Assembly (NCBI GenBank): GCA_963976765.1
Contig: CAXBME010000003.1
Coordinates: 1-64,000, forward strand
Length of the DNA stretch: 64,000 nt
Reading direction: 5' to 3'
DNA from: an uncultured Planctomycetaceae bacterium
GTDB lineage: Bacteria; Planctomycetota; Planctomycetia; Planctomycetales; Planctomycetaceae
Shown here: piece by piece, positions 43,547 to 53,088 of the stretch
Layout of the letters: every line of letters starts with the position of its first letter
Position numbering within the stretch: the first letter of the stretch is position 1
Position numbers and translations under genes: made by a program
Notes under the pieces: model-generated
Database searches by the model: none
What the model was told of the DNA's origin: nothing
Seen by the model: the letters and a program-made list of their open reading frames with translations, nothing else

Positions 43547-46156
43547 ATGACACCGCTTCGAGCTTCGGCCCTGATTGGAATTTCCGGCTTGTCGGTCGCG
43601 CTGTTCGCCCTTCCGATGCTCGCCCAACGGGGAGCAGCCCCTCAAAGGGGAACCGATAAGAAAACGGCAGAGGTACTGGATGAGGAGCAACTGACCGAGG
43701 AAGAAGCCGATGTCCCACAGCAATTCAGGTTAAACAGAATTGGCTCTGGATTCGGGACAAAGTTGGAACACCTGCGTGCGGCTATCCAGAATACCGAAGT
43801 CAGATTCACTCAACTGGCCGACATTCGACGCAGGTTCTGGGCGGCCGACTCAGATGCTCAGCGGGAATTTCTCAGGCAGGTTTACGCCGAAGCACTTCTC
43901 GAAAAAGACTTCCAGCTTCTATACGGAGGCGTAACAACCGGCTCGTCAGGATTTCTGACAGCGATTTATCACCAGGCTCTGGATGGAGGCGTTCCTGAGG
44001 CTGCCAGGCCAGTCTTCAACCGGTGGGTCGAAGCAATCCGCGACCACATGGGGATTCGCGACAAACAGCGGTATCAGCAGATCGAGAATCTCAAGGCCTT
44101 CAATCTCGCCCGGTTCGAGCAAGCCTTTGAAGCAACTCGCCACTTCGAAGACCAGTACATGTTGCTGAGAGACTGGAGCGAATACCAGAAGGCCGGACGC
44201 TCCCAGGATTTCTACCCGACTCCAGAAGCCTACGTAATTTATCTGCAGCAGATTGATGGAGAACCTCTCAGCCAGATTCAGGCAGTCGCCAGATACCGGC
44301 AACTGGTCGCAATGTTCGGTGACGAGACTCTGAAGAAAACCGCGAATCAACAACGAGTAAAACCAACCGACTCGGACGGATTGATTCGTGGAAGCCGCAT
44401 GAAGCCAATGTACGACTACTTCGAGCAGGTTAGTCAGGGCAGTGACGCCGGGTTTATTTTCAACCAGTTTCGCATGGTCGCTCGTTCCGATGATCGGTGG
44501 GCCGAAGCCATCAGCGACTTCCAGGAAATGGTCTCACTCATCGACGCAAAAGTCGCGCTCGCAGCAGCGGCAAAAGCACGACTCGCCCCGAACGCCCAAC
44601 TGGCGGATTTCGTAAGAGCTCTTTCTGAGTCAGGCGATCGCGAGTGCTTTCTGGTAAACGCAGCGCGGGCCAAAGGCATGGCGTGGAAGGTCGCTAGTAA
44701 GCAATACGATGCTCTCTGTGAGATTTACGGCAAAGACACCGTGCTGCGAGCAGCAGGTAAGGTGCGTGCAGCAGAACCGCTTGATCCCAGTAAGCCCTAC
44801 TTCGACTACCACATCAAAGTTCCCGCAGAACTCACAACAGGCGAAGGGGCAAAGTCGGCAAACTCAGGCGTCACTCGGGACGAAGCCATTGCCCTGCTTC
44901 TCAAACGTCAACCTCGCAGAAAGGAAATTCATGGGAAGCTATATGACACCGCAACAGCGACTCTGTCCAAAGACAACATGATTTCCTCAGCGATGCTCCC
45001 ATCGAAGTACACGGGTGGCCGGATTGTTGCCGATTCCAATGGAGTGGCGTTCAGCGTCGCTGGTGCTTCGGGGACAGGTCTCTTCGGTCTGTTTGGAGGA
45101 AGTGCAAAGACGGACCGCGTTGTGGTTTTCACAAGTGATCCCAGCACCCCGCCGATTTCAATCCAGAATGCGAAACTCGATCTGTTCGGGAAGGCGATGG
45201 GTATGTCGAGCGATTACATCGTTGTCGGCGACCAGTATGCCTGGTTAAGCAACCCAAAGACTGGACGCGGTCCTCGATTAAAAACCGGAGAAGCGTACGT
45301 TTATGACCGGAGGACTGGAAAGCTGGTCGTTCACGTCCGCCCACCACAGGATAGCCTGATGTCGGGGCTTCATTTCGGTGCTGCGGTTGCGGCCTGGGAC
45401 GACATCATCGCGATCGGCGCAACCGGAAAACGCGGACAATCGGACGACGAAGGTGAGGTCAACATTCACGATGCAAAAACTGGCAATCATCGATTTCGTA
45501 TCACGATGAGACCCGAGGATCAGGCTCACCGTGGCTTCGGCGCAAATATCGCCACAAACGGGAAATCGCTGCTTATCACAGCGCCAGGAGTGGACAAGGA
45601 AAGTCGACGACACCCTGCCGCCTTCCTGCACAACGCCGCCGATGGAGGGTTCATCGCGCGACTCGAAAGTCCCGGCAGCGAAACTGAACGAAAGGAGTTC
45701 GGCAAATCGATCACGGTGTCCGGCAGATGGGCCGTTGTCGGTTCACCCTGGCACGGAAACGGCGGAGCAGTATTCGTCTACGACATTTCCTCAGGCAAGC
45801 TCCATGCCACACTGCAAAACACAACGAGTTATCAGAATACGAGCGACCTTGGTGACTCGACTCACCTGAGATCACTCATCGTGAGGGCCGACCAGTTCGA
45901 CTACAGGTTCGGCAGCGCAGTCGCTGCGAGCGGCGACACGATTGTGATTGCCTCCTTACGAAGCCTCCACGTGTTCGATGCGGAGACGTTGCAGCATCTC
46001 CAGACGATCCCCGTCGGCAAAGACATCAACTCGAATCGAATCCAGATTCAAGACGTCGCCCTCGACGGAAACGTGCTTGTCGCCACAACACAGAACGGAG
46101 ACGGCGAAAACTGGACGCACCACCGAATCACCTTGAAAGCAACCGGCAAGCGTTGA
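43547..46156 (+). CDS. Secreted hypothetical protein with a helical N-terminal half and a C-terminal FG-GAP-like beta-propeller
   Basis: Signal-peptide-like N-terminus with an AGAAAGG RBS. Five FG...(V/I)G..G.(V/A)(Y/F)VYD-type blades: LFGKAMG, HFGAAVA, GFGANIA, EFGKSIT, RFGSAVA. Confidence 0.75.
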   Translation: MTPLRASALIGISGLSVALFALPMLAQRGAAPQRGTDKKTAEVLDEEQLTEEEADVPQQFRLNRIGSGFGTKLEHLRAAIQNTEVRFTQLADIRRRFWAADSDAQREFLRQVYAEALLEKDFQLLYGGVTTGSSGFLTAIYHQALDGGVPEAARPVFNRWVEAIRDHMGIRDKQRYQQIENLKAFNLARFEQAFEATRHFEDQYMLLRDWSEYQKAGRSQDFYPTPEAYVIYLQQIDGEPLSQIQAVARYRQLVAMFGDETLKKTANQQRVKPTDSDGLIRGSRMKPMYDYFEQVSQGSDAGFIFNQFRMVARSDDRWAEAISDFQEMVSLIDAKVALAAAAKARLAPNAQLADFVRALSESGDRECFLVNAARAKGMAWKVASKQYDALCEIYGKDTVLRAAGKVRAAEPLDPSKPYFDYHIKVPAELTTGEGAKSANSGVTRDEAIALLLKRQPRRKEIHGKLYDTATATLSKDNMISSAMLPSKYTGGRIVADSNGVAFSVAGASGTGLFGLFGGSAKTDRVVVFTSDPSTPPISIQNAKLDLFGKAMGMSSDYIVVGDQYAWLSNPKTGRGPRLKTGEAYVYDRRTGKLVVHVRPPQDSLMSGLHFGAAVAAWDDIIAIGATGKRGQSDDEGEVNIHDAKTGNHRFRITMRPEDQAHRGFGANIATNGKSLLITAPGVDKESRRHPAAFLHNAADGGFIARLESPGSETERKEFGKSITVSGRWAVVGSPWHGNGGAVFVYDISSGKLHATLQNTTSYQNTSDLGDSTHLRSLIVRADQFDYRFGSAVAASGDTIVIASLRSLHVFDAETLQHLQTIPVGKDINSNRIQIQDVALDGNVLVATTQNGDGENWTHHRITLKATGKR

Positions 46157-46371
46157 GCATCTCGGAAGGCCGCGTTCAATATGTTGCGCCGAGCGACCGC
46201 ATGGTTCATGCGTCGCCGCGTCTGACCAACAAGCCAACTTAATTACCCGAACCGCATTTGAATCTGACGAGGTAGTCCCCGTAGACAGAAACCTCACTGA
46301 ACCATCAGGACGATCAAGAACCGTCAGGACCATTTTTGTGAAGCGTCCAACGTACGTCCTGACTCAAGGCA

Positions 46372-48570
46372 CTATGCAGCGACACGATCGCTCGTCGACA
46401 GTTCTTCCAGCAGGCTGCGGATAATCTGCTCGGCATTCAGCTTTTCTTCGAGCCAGTCATCTCGCATGTGACGCCAGCGGGATTCACGCTGCTCCCAGTC
46501 CTGCATGCGATGTTCGAGCCGTGCTTCCTGTTCGTGAAGTTCGCGTTCCCGCTCTCGCATTCGCCGTTGAAACGAATCCCGGTCCGTGCGAAGCCGCTCG
46601 TCTTCTTCTTCCAAACGGCCCTGAGCGATGGCGACCAGCCTCGCAGTTTCGGCGTCTGTACCACCGTCCGTCGACTTCAACTGTCGGAACTGACCCGCGA
46701 CGACGGCACGAACTTCTTCGACTCGCTGCTTCGCAGCCTGTTCGTCAACATTCGCCATCAGCTCAGCCATCGCTTCCTCGGCGGCCAGACGCGACTCCAG
46801 ATTCACAACACTCACCTGCTCAAGCTCGCGCCGCATCTGATCAAGCCGTACGGACCGATCGTCAAGTTTCTGACGTTCCCGGTCGATCTTTTCAAACTGC
46901 TCGTTTCGCGTCGACTCAAGTGACGACCACTGTCGCTCAAGATCGGCCCGCTCTTCGTTGAGCTTCTCTCGATCAGCCGCCAGTTCAGCCTGAAACTGCT
47001 CGCGAGCTTTCTCACGAACATTCTCTTCCCGTTCAAGCGAACGTTCACGCTCCGCAAGCACTTCTCGAAACCTCATCAGCTGTCGCTGCCGTTTACGAGT
47101 CAGTTCCTCACGACGCTGAAACTCTGCCCGCCAGCGCTGACGATTCACGTCGAGCGTGTGAGTTCCTGACTGCATGGCACGATGCTGGTCAGCCAGCAGC
47201 TCCTTCTGGACGGCAACGAGCTCATGCCACTCGGCACGTTCACGATCGAGGTCTGCCCTGGTCTGAGCGTTTTCGGACGCCGCTTTTTCAGAAAGATTCT
47301 GCTGTTCAATTTTTCGCTGTTCCAACTCCAGCGTCTCGTTCGCAATCTGCTGGTCCACCGCTTTCAGCCGGTTCTGAACTTCAGCTTCAAACTGACCGCG
47401 AGCTGCATCCAGACTCGCTTTGTGACGAATCCGTTCCTGCTCCAGCTGTTCCGTCACTTTCTGTCGTTCTTCAACAAGCGCCGTTCTCGCCTGTCGCAAC
47501 GCGGCTTCCTGAGTCTGCCGAACTTCGTCCAGCGCCGTCTGCTCACGCTTCATTCGAGTTTCAAACTCGGCAACCTGTTCCGCCAGTTGCTGTCGCTCAG
47601 CCTCAATGTCCGAACTCAGCTTACGACGAAGTTCGTCGCGTTCCTTGCTCCAGCTTGATCTAACTTCGGCCAGCGCGGCATCGTGTGCCGCTTTCGCGTG
47701 CGACTCCAGCTCCGACCGACGCTGGGCAAGCGTTGCCTCGGCATCGGTGGACAGCTTCTCGAGATCGCGCCGCGACTGCTTCAAACCTTCCCGCTCGACC
47801 GCAATCTCTTTCTGCAACTCCTCGCGTTCGCGTTGAATCTTCGATCGACTCTCGTCAATCGTCGCTGCCAATGCCGATTCTCGCTGTTGAATCTCTGCAA
47901 GATGTCTCTGACGTTCGGCGGCGAGGTCTCGCTCGATCTGCGTCAAAGCCTGTTGATGAATCTCAGCTTCCCGTTTCAACTCAGCCTCTTCGCGAGCCTT
48001 CAGATTCTTCCACTCGTTTTTCTCAGCAGCAAAGGCCGCTCGTTCAGCTTCAATGTCGGTCACAGTCTGAGCGCGGACGCGACGACGCTCCACTTCCAGA
48101 TCACGACGAACCTGCCGCATCAGCGACTGATGTTCTTCGCGCAGCTTTTCCGACTGAACCGACAGCTCGTTTCGTTCGGCTTCGACAAGCTGTTTCGCAT
48201 GTTTCAGCGCAGCCCGGTCAACATCCAACTGCTGGGCCAACTCTTCCGCCAGACGCTTCCGAGCCAGCTCCAACTGTTCCTGCCCGCGCGCGACTTCGAC
48301 TTCTCGAGTCTGCAATTCGTTCAGCAGCTGCTGAGCGTCTGCGAGCTTGGCCGCGAATTCATCTTCACGACGTTTGAGTTCCGCGTCGCGTTCCTGACGC
48401 TCATCATCAAACTGCTGCTGCGCCAGTCGAAGCTGACGCTGTTCCTGGGCGAGCGTTGCTAACTGATCTGAAATGTAGCTTTCACGCCGACTTTGCTCGG
48501 CCATTCGCTCTCGCAGGTTCCCCGCGATTTGACTGGCCTGCATCAGAAGCTGACTGTCATCATTAGACAT
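46372..48570 (-). CDS. Long coiled-coil protein of unknown function
   Basis: About 730 aa rich in E/R/Q/A/L, with heptad character and almost no Pro or Gly. A GGAGG RBS precedes ATG 48570; the ORF track starts at 48732. Confidence 0.8.
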   Translation of the reverse strand: MSNDDSQLLMQASQIAGNLRERMAEQSRRESYISDQLATLAQEQRQLRLAQQQFDDERQERDAELKRREDEFAAKLADAQQLLNELQTREVEVARGQEQLELARKRLAEELAQQLDVDRAALKHAKQLVEAERNELSVQSEKLREEHQSLMRQVRRDLEVERRRVRAQTVTDIEAERAAFAAEKNEWKNLKAREEAELKREAEIHQQALTQIERDLAAERQRHLAEIQQRESALAATIDESRSKIQREREELQKEIAVEREGLKQSRRDLEKLSTDAEATLAQRRSELESHAKAAHDAALAEVRSSWSKERDELRRKLSSDIEAERQQLAEQVAEFETRMKREQTALDEVRQTQEAALRQARTALVEERQKVTEQLEQERIRHKASLDAARGQFEAEVQNRLKAVDQQIANETLELEQRKIEQQNLSEKAASENAQTRADLDRERAEWHELVAVQKELLADQHRAMQSGTHTLDVNRQRWRAEFQRREELTRKRQRQLMRFREVLAERERSLEREENVREKAREQFQAELAADREKLNEERADLERQWSSLESTRNEQFEKIDRERQKLDDRSVRLDQMRRELEQVSVVNLESRLAAEEAMAELMANVDEQAAKQRVEEVRAVVAGQFRQLKSTDGGTDAETARLVAIAQGRLEEEDERLRTDRDSFQRRMRERERELHEQEARLEHRMQDWEQRESRWRHMRDDWLEEKLNAEQIIRSLLEELSTSDRVAA

Positions 48571-49051
48571 GCGCGAAATCCTCCAGACTGGGCAAAGCCA
48601 GTATGAATCGAGCGAGTTGACGAGGGTGGCCGTAATCAAAAATGGCTTGCAGGCAATCGACGAAAACGGGGAGTTCTCAACCTGCAATGTGGCGTGAAAA
48701 TGTCGCTTAGAATCTGAGACGGGTTGTCCCAACTTGAGAAGGGATCAGGAGTATCGACCGTTTCGTCACAAAGTGTCAACATGCGTTGCGACGGTCAGAA
48801 TGTGCCCGAAAATCAGGCATCAGCCGTCAATTCCGTCTGGCATCGAAATCACAACCCGGCACTTGCCCAACCGACACTGCGCAATCCACACTCGAATACA
48901 GCTTTCCTCGCGAAACATTCATCTGGGCGATGATTCGATGGCGGAGGTCGGATAAAGTTTTACCGATTACTTCAAAGCGGTCAGACGCCGCTCCAAAATT
49001 GTGTGGTCCAGATCAAGCCCCTGAATTCGCCAAATCCCTGGGAGTCAGCCC

Positions 49052-50752
49052 GTGCCCAAAGCGACACTACTGGTCATCGGAGGCGTCGATCAGGGAGCCC
49101 GTTTCGAACTTGACGGCAGCGATGCGTCAATCGGCCGCGGCGTTCAGAACGTCATTCGGATTCTTGACACCGAAATGTCGCGAAACCACGCGACGATCAG
49201 CTACAACGATGGCGCGTTCGTACTAACCGATCGAAACAGTTCGAACGGAACTTTTGCCAACGGAATCTCGGTCCAACGCCACCGACTGGCCACAGGTGAC
49301 CAGATCCAGATTGGCGGTACCGTGCTGCTGTTCGCCGAGCCGACCGATTCACAAAAAGAAGTTCCGGTCGACTTCGTCTCTCCACACGCTGGCGACGATG
49401 CCTCGCAGATCGTCTCGAAAGTCGGCCTGGACGCCGGTCGCCGACTGCTCGATCAGGCATCTCCTGTTCACGACGATCAGGCTGGCGAAACGCTGGCGCA
49501 GCTCCGGCTGCTTTATCGAATTTCCGAAGAAATGGTCAGCTCAACCCTTTCGATGGAACAGCTCCTGCAACGGATTCTTGACACATCACTGGAGGCGATT
49601 GGCGCAGACCGAGGCTGCGTCCTGGTCAGCAACCCCGAAACCAGCAAACTGGAACCACGGGCTCTCGCACACATTAGCGGCGGAACAATGGCCGGTCGCA
49701 TGCCGATTTCAAGAAGCATCGTCGACTACGTTGTCCGAAAGGGACAAGGGGTCAGAACTTCTGACGCGCGAGCTGACAGCCGCTTCGCCAGTGGAATCAG
49801 TATCGTCCAGGAAGGTATCCGCGAGGCAATGTGCGTCCCGATGCCCGGCCACTACGAACTGATGGGCGTGATTTATGTGGACACGCGAGTTTCACAGAAC
49901 GGCCTGGTTCCCGGCCAGCCGATCGCCAGCAAGTTCACGGATTCGCAACTCAACCTGATGGCCGCGATCGGGCGTCAGGCAGCACTTGCCATCGAGAATC
50001 ACCGCTATCAGGACGCGTATGTCAAAGCCGAACGTCTGGCCGCCGTCGGTCAGACCATCGCCATCCTCAGCCACCATACGAAGAACATTCTTCAGGGCGT
50101 CCGCGGCGGCAGCTACCTGATCGACATGGGCCTGCAGAGCCACGACGAGTCGCTGATTCAGGAAGGCTGGTCAATCGTTGAAAGGAATCAGGAACGAATC
50201 AACCATCTGGTCATGGACATGCTGTCGTTCAGCGCTGAACGTCGCCCGAAACTCGAACCCGGAAATGTGAACGAGCTGGTCGCAGAAATTCACGAACTCA
50301 TGCACGCCCGAGCCGATGACATCGGAGTGAAACTTCAGCTCGCGCTCGGTGAAGACATCCCGACAGCGATGTTCGACCCCGAAGGCATTCATCGAGCTGT
50401 CCTGAATATCGTCATCAACGCCCTCGATGCTCTCGAAAACGACGACAAGGGAGTTGTCGAAATTCGCACGGGAACTTCTCCAGACCGACTGGATGTCTGG
50501 GTTGAAGTGGCTGACAACGGCCCTGGAATTCCGGAAGACCAGCTCGACACTCTCTTCAACCTGTTCGAGTCAACGAAAGGGGCGCGGGGCACCGGCATTG
50601 GCCTGGCAGTCAGCCAGAAGATTCTCCGCGAACACGGCGGCCAGATCATGCTCGAAAGCCGCCCCAACCGAGGCACACGTTTCCGTCTGATCTGGCCAGC
50701 CTGCGAAGACGAAGGCCGAGCCGCCAGCCGCCGCACCGTCGAGAGCAGTTAG
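49052..50752 (+). CDS. FHA-GAF-histidine kinase (cytoplasmic)
   Basis: FHA (IGRG...MSRNHA...DRNSSNGTFANG), GAF (AMCVPM...MGVIYVD...QAALAIEN), H-box LSHHTKNIL, N-box LNIVINALDA, G1 DNGPGI, G2 GTGIGL. Confidence 0.92.
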   Translation: MPKATLLVIGGVDQGARFELDGSDASIGRGVQNVIRILDTEMSRNHATISYNDGAFVLTDRNSSNGTFANGISVQRHRLATGDQIQIGGTVLLFAEPTDSQKEVPVDFVSPHAGDDASQIVSKVGLDAGRRLLDQASPVHDDQAGETLAQLRLLYRISEEMVSSTLSMEQLLQRILDTSLEAIGADRGCVLVSNPETSKLEPRALAHISGGTMAGRMPISRSIVDYVVRKGQGVRTSDARADSRFASGISIVQEGIREAMCVPMPGHYELMGVIYVDTRVSQNGLVPGQPIASKFTDSQLNLMAAIGRQAALAIENHRYQDAYVKAERLAAVGQTIAILSHHTKNILQGVRGGSYLIDMGLQSHDESLIQEGWSIVERNQERINHLVMDMLSFSAERRPKLEPGNVNELVAEIHELMHARADDIGVKLQLALGEDIPTAMFDPEGIHRAVLNIVINALDALENDDKGVVEIRTGTSPDRLDVWVEVADNGPGIPEDQLDTLFNLFESTKGARGTGIGLAVSQKILREHGGQIMLESRPNRGTRFRLIWPACEDEGRAASRRTVESS

Positions 50753-51262
50753 CTGCCTGCTGAAAACGCCTGACTCGCGTCCTCGACGCGTGTCTCCAGG
50801 CTCTCCTGTGCGAAGTTACCAGCAAACATCGACGGCACACGGCACTGGTAGAAATCAGTGGCAGGTTTTCCAATAAAAAGTCTGGAATGCAGCCATCCAG
50901 CAGCCCAGCAAGAGAGACTTAAAACAGAAAAAACGGCCGATCAGATTGCCACAAAGACATCCTTGTGGATTTTGTACATTTTCTGGAATCTGACGTTGAA
51001 AATATGGTCGACGCTGTCAACATTCCGACACTCTTTACCAGTTCTTCTCGTGCTTCTGCTTTGACGCCCCAGAGACGCTCAGTCTCAAATTCAAAGTAGC
51101 GACGATGGCCCGCTTCAGTTGTCTTGTGGCCACGTGCCCCGGCTACCCCATATCTCCAGCACGAGATTCTCGGTCGTTATCCCTGCCTCCCCTCGATTCT
51201 CGCCTGAAACGCTACAGTTTCGCGAAGAACCTGGGGAAGTTACACACGAACGGAAAGCTCGA

Positions 51263-51730
51263 ATGAATCCACGTTTTGTTATTCTGCGGAAATCTGCAGC
51301 CACTTTTTCCCACGGCTTCCTGGCCTTGATCACTCTCGCCGTCATCGGTTGCGGACCATCGGTCGAGCAAGTCGGCCCGTCGGCCTCGGGAAAAGTCACT
51401 CTCGACGGACAGCCAGTCACTTCTGGAGCCGTGTTCTTTTCGCCAGTCACCAGTGGGTCGAGCGCCGCCGGACAAATCATGGAAGACGGCACTTTCGAGG
51501 TCGACACGTCAGCGCTGCAAACAGGCATCGCTCCCGGTGACTACAGCGTCTATCTATCTGCCTGGAAAGAAGTTCCCGAATCAGACAGTGGCGAATCATC
51601 CGACCCGGAGCCGCTGGTTCCGCTCGCCTATATGGACAGCGAGAATACAATTCTGTCGGTGACAATCGGCCCCGACGGGAATAACGATATCAAGATCGAA
51701 CTCTCGTCAGACGTCGCCGCTGCCGAATAG
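51263..51730 (+). CDS. Lipoprotein with carboxypeptidase-regulatory-like domain (typical DUF1559 partner)
   Basis: Lipobox VIGC, GKVTLDGQP..G.V.F.P, DGTF, PGDYSV, VPLAY. Start chosen at 51263. Confidence 0.82.
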   Translation: MNPRFVILRKSAATFSHGFLALITLAVIGCGPSVEQVGPSASGKVTLDGQPVTSGAVFFSPVTSGSSAAGQIMEDGTFEVDTSALQTGIAPGDYSVYLSAWKEVPESDSGESSDPEPLVPLAYMDSENTILSVTIGPDGNNDIKIELSSDVAAAE

Positions 51731-51901
51731 CGAAAAGTCGACCGCGACAACACGGGATTGTCCGCCTGATGCCCCGGTCGCTGTACTGAATCTTTGATGT
51801 TTGTCCCGAGGCAGGAACAAACGGCAAACAGTGAAGTCGTTAAGGCTCACTCGCTCTCAAACAGAACTTACTATTCCTTTATTCTTTTCGGAGGCTCAGA
51901 A

Positions 51902-52876
51902 ATGAGTGAACAACCAAAGTCTCTCCCCGCCAGAAGCCGCAAGGGCTTCACACTGATCGAGTTGCTCGTCGTGATTGCGATCATCGCAATCCTTGTCGCA
52001 CTGCTGCTTCCTGCAGTCCAGCAAGCAAGAGAAGCTGCTCGACGCTCGCAATGCCAGAGCAATCTCAAGCAGATCGGCATCGCCATGCACAATTACCACG
52101 ACGTCCACTCAACATTGCCACCAGGTTACGTTCACCAATTGAACAACTCCGTCCACAACCGGGCTCCCAACTGGTCGTGGGGGGCCTACATCATGCCCTA
52201 CCTGGATCAGGCAACCAGCTACCAGGAACTGCGTGTCGGCGACAACAACATGCTGACAGCCATCAACGATCCAGCCTTGCGGGCCATTATTCAGACTCCG
52301 ATTCCCGCGATGCGCTGTCCTACTGATGTCGGCCCTGAACGCAATGACAAATCAGACGATCGACGATTTCGAGACACGATTGCCAATGTCAATCGCCACG
52401 GCAACACCTCGAACTACGTCGCCGTTAACAGTAGCGGAACGCTGAGACCAAACCCTGGCGACCCAAATGCTAACGCCAACGGAGCCTTCTACCGAAACAG
52501 TCGCACCAAGTTCCGTGATATCACCGACGGAACCAGCAACGTGTTACTGGTCGGTGAACGTGCCTGGAAACGAACCGACGCCGGGCTGATCGAAGCTGCC
52601 AACGTCTGGGGAGTGAATGGTCAGGACGGAAATCAGAATCGATCAATGGCATCGGCTCTGGGTTGTGGTTTCCGCAAGCTCAATTGCCCGCCGAATACGG
52701 GCGAGTGCCGACGAACTTTCGTCAGCCCGCACATCGGCGTCGTCTACTTCCTGCTTGCTGACGGAGCCGTCAAATCTCTCAGCCAGAACATCGAACACAA
52801 CACCAACGCAGCCGTGAACTCGCTGTTCGAATACCTGATCGACATTGACGACGAAAACCAGCCTGGCGATTTCTAA
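51902..52876 (+). CDS. DUF1559 prepilin-like protein
   Basis: [57 protein letters not shown], and a C-terminal H-X9-DG ([12 protein letters not shown]). A GGAGG RBS precedes ATG 51902. Confidence 0.95.
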   Translation: MSEQPKSLPARSRKGFTLIELLVVIAIIAILVALLLPAVQQAREAARRSQCQSNLKQIGIAMHNYHDVHSTLPPGYVHQLNNSVHNRAPNWSWGAYIMPYLDQATSYQELRVGDNNMLTAINDPALRAIIQTPIPAMRCPTDVGPERNDKSDDRRFRDTIANVNRHGNTSNYVAVNSSGTLRPNPGDPNANANGAFYRNSRTKFRDITDGTSNVLLVGERAWKRTDAGLIEAANVWGVNGQDGNQNRSMASALGCGFRKLNCPPNTGECRRTFVSPHIGVVYFLLADGAVKSLSQNIEHNTNAAVNSLFEYLIDIDDENQPGDF

Positions 52877-53010
52877 AGCAGTTTCAGAATTCGTTTTCAG
52901 TGTTCTGCAGGAGGACCACCAGGGAAGCAATGGCCATTCCGGGGGCCAGTTCCTGCACGGAAACCATGAAAATGGTCTAACGCCTGACAACTTCTCAGCA
53001 ATTTCGACAG

Positions 53011-53058
53011 AAAAGTAACGCCGCCCGCAGCGTATTCTGCTGGCGGCGTTTTCAATTT
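53011..53058. terminator. Probable bidirectional intrinsic terminator between the DUF1559 gene and shc
   Basis: AACGCCGCC (53017-53025) pairs with GGCGGCGTT (53042-53050), with an inner GCAG/CTGC stem, an A-run before and a T-run after. Confidence 0.7.
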
Positions 53059-53088
53059 CACCGATGTCATCTCAGATGCGAAACAGAA

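Noticed and set aside
39177..46156. Prophage, transposon or integrative element call for the ECF-kinase block
   Set aside because: No integrase, transposase, tRNA target or flanking direct repeats were visible.
46468..48462. Plus-strand ORFs of up to 259 aa opposite the coiled-coil gene
   Set aside because: They are Leu/Phe/Ser-rich antisense products of Glu/Gln/Arg codons.
52955..52985. Resemblance to a c-di-GMP-I or ZTP riboswitch
   Set aside because: Only a GAAA-capped hairpin and an ACCACC.GGG-like fragment match. The other conserved elements are missing and there is no downstream gene because the flanking genes converge.
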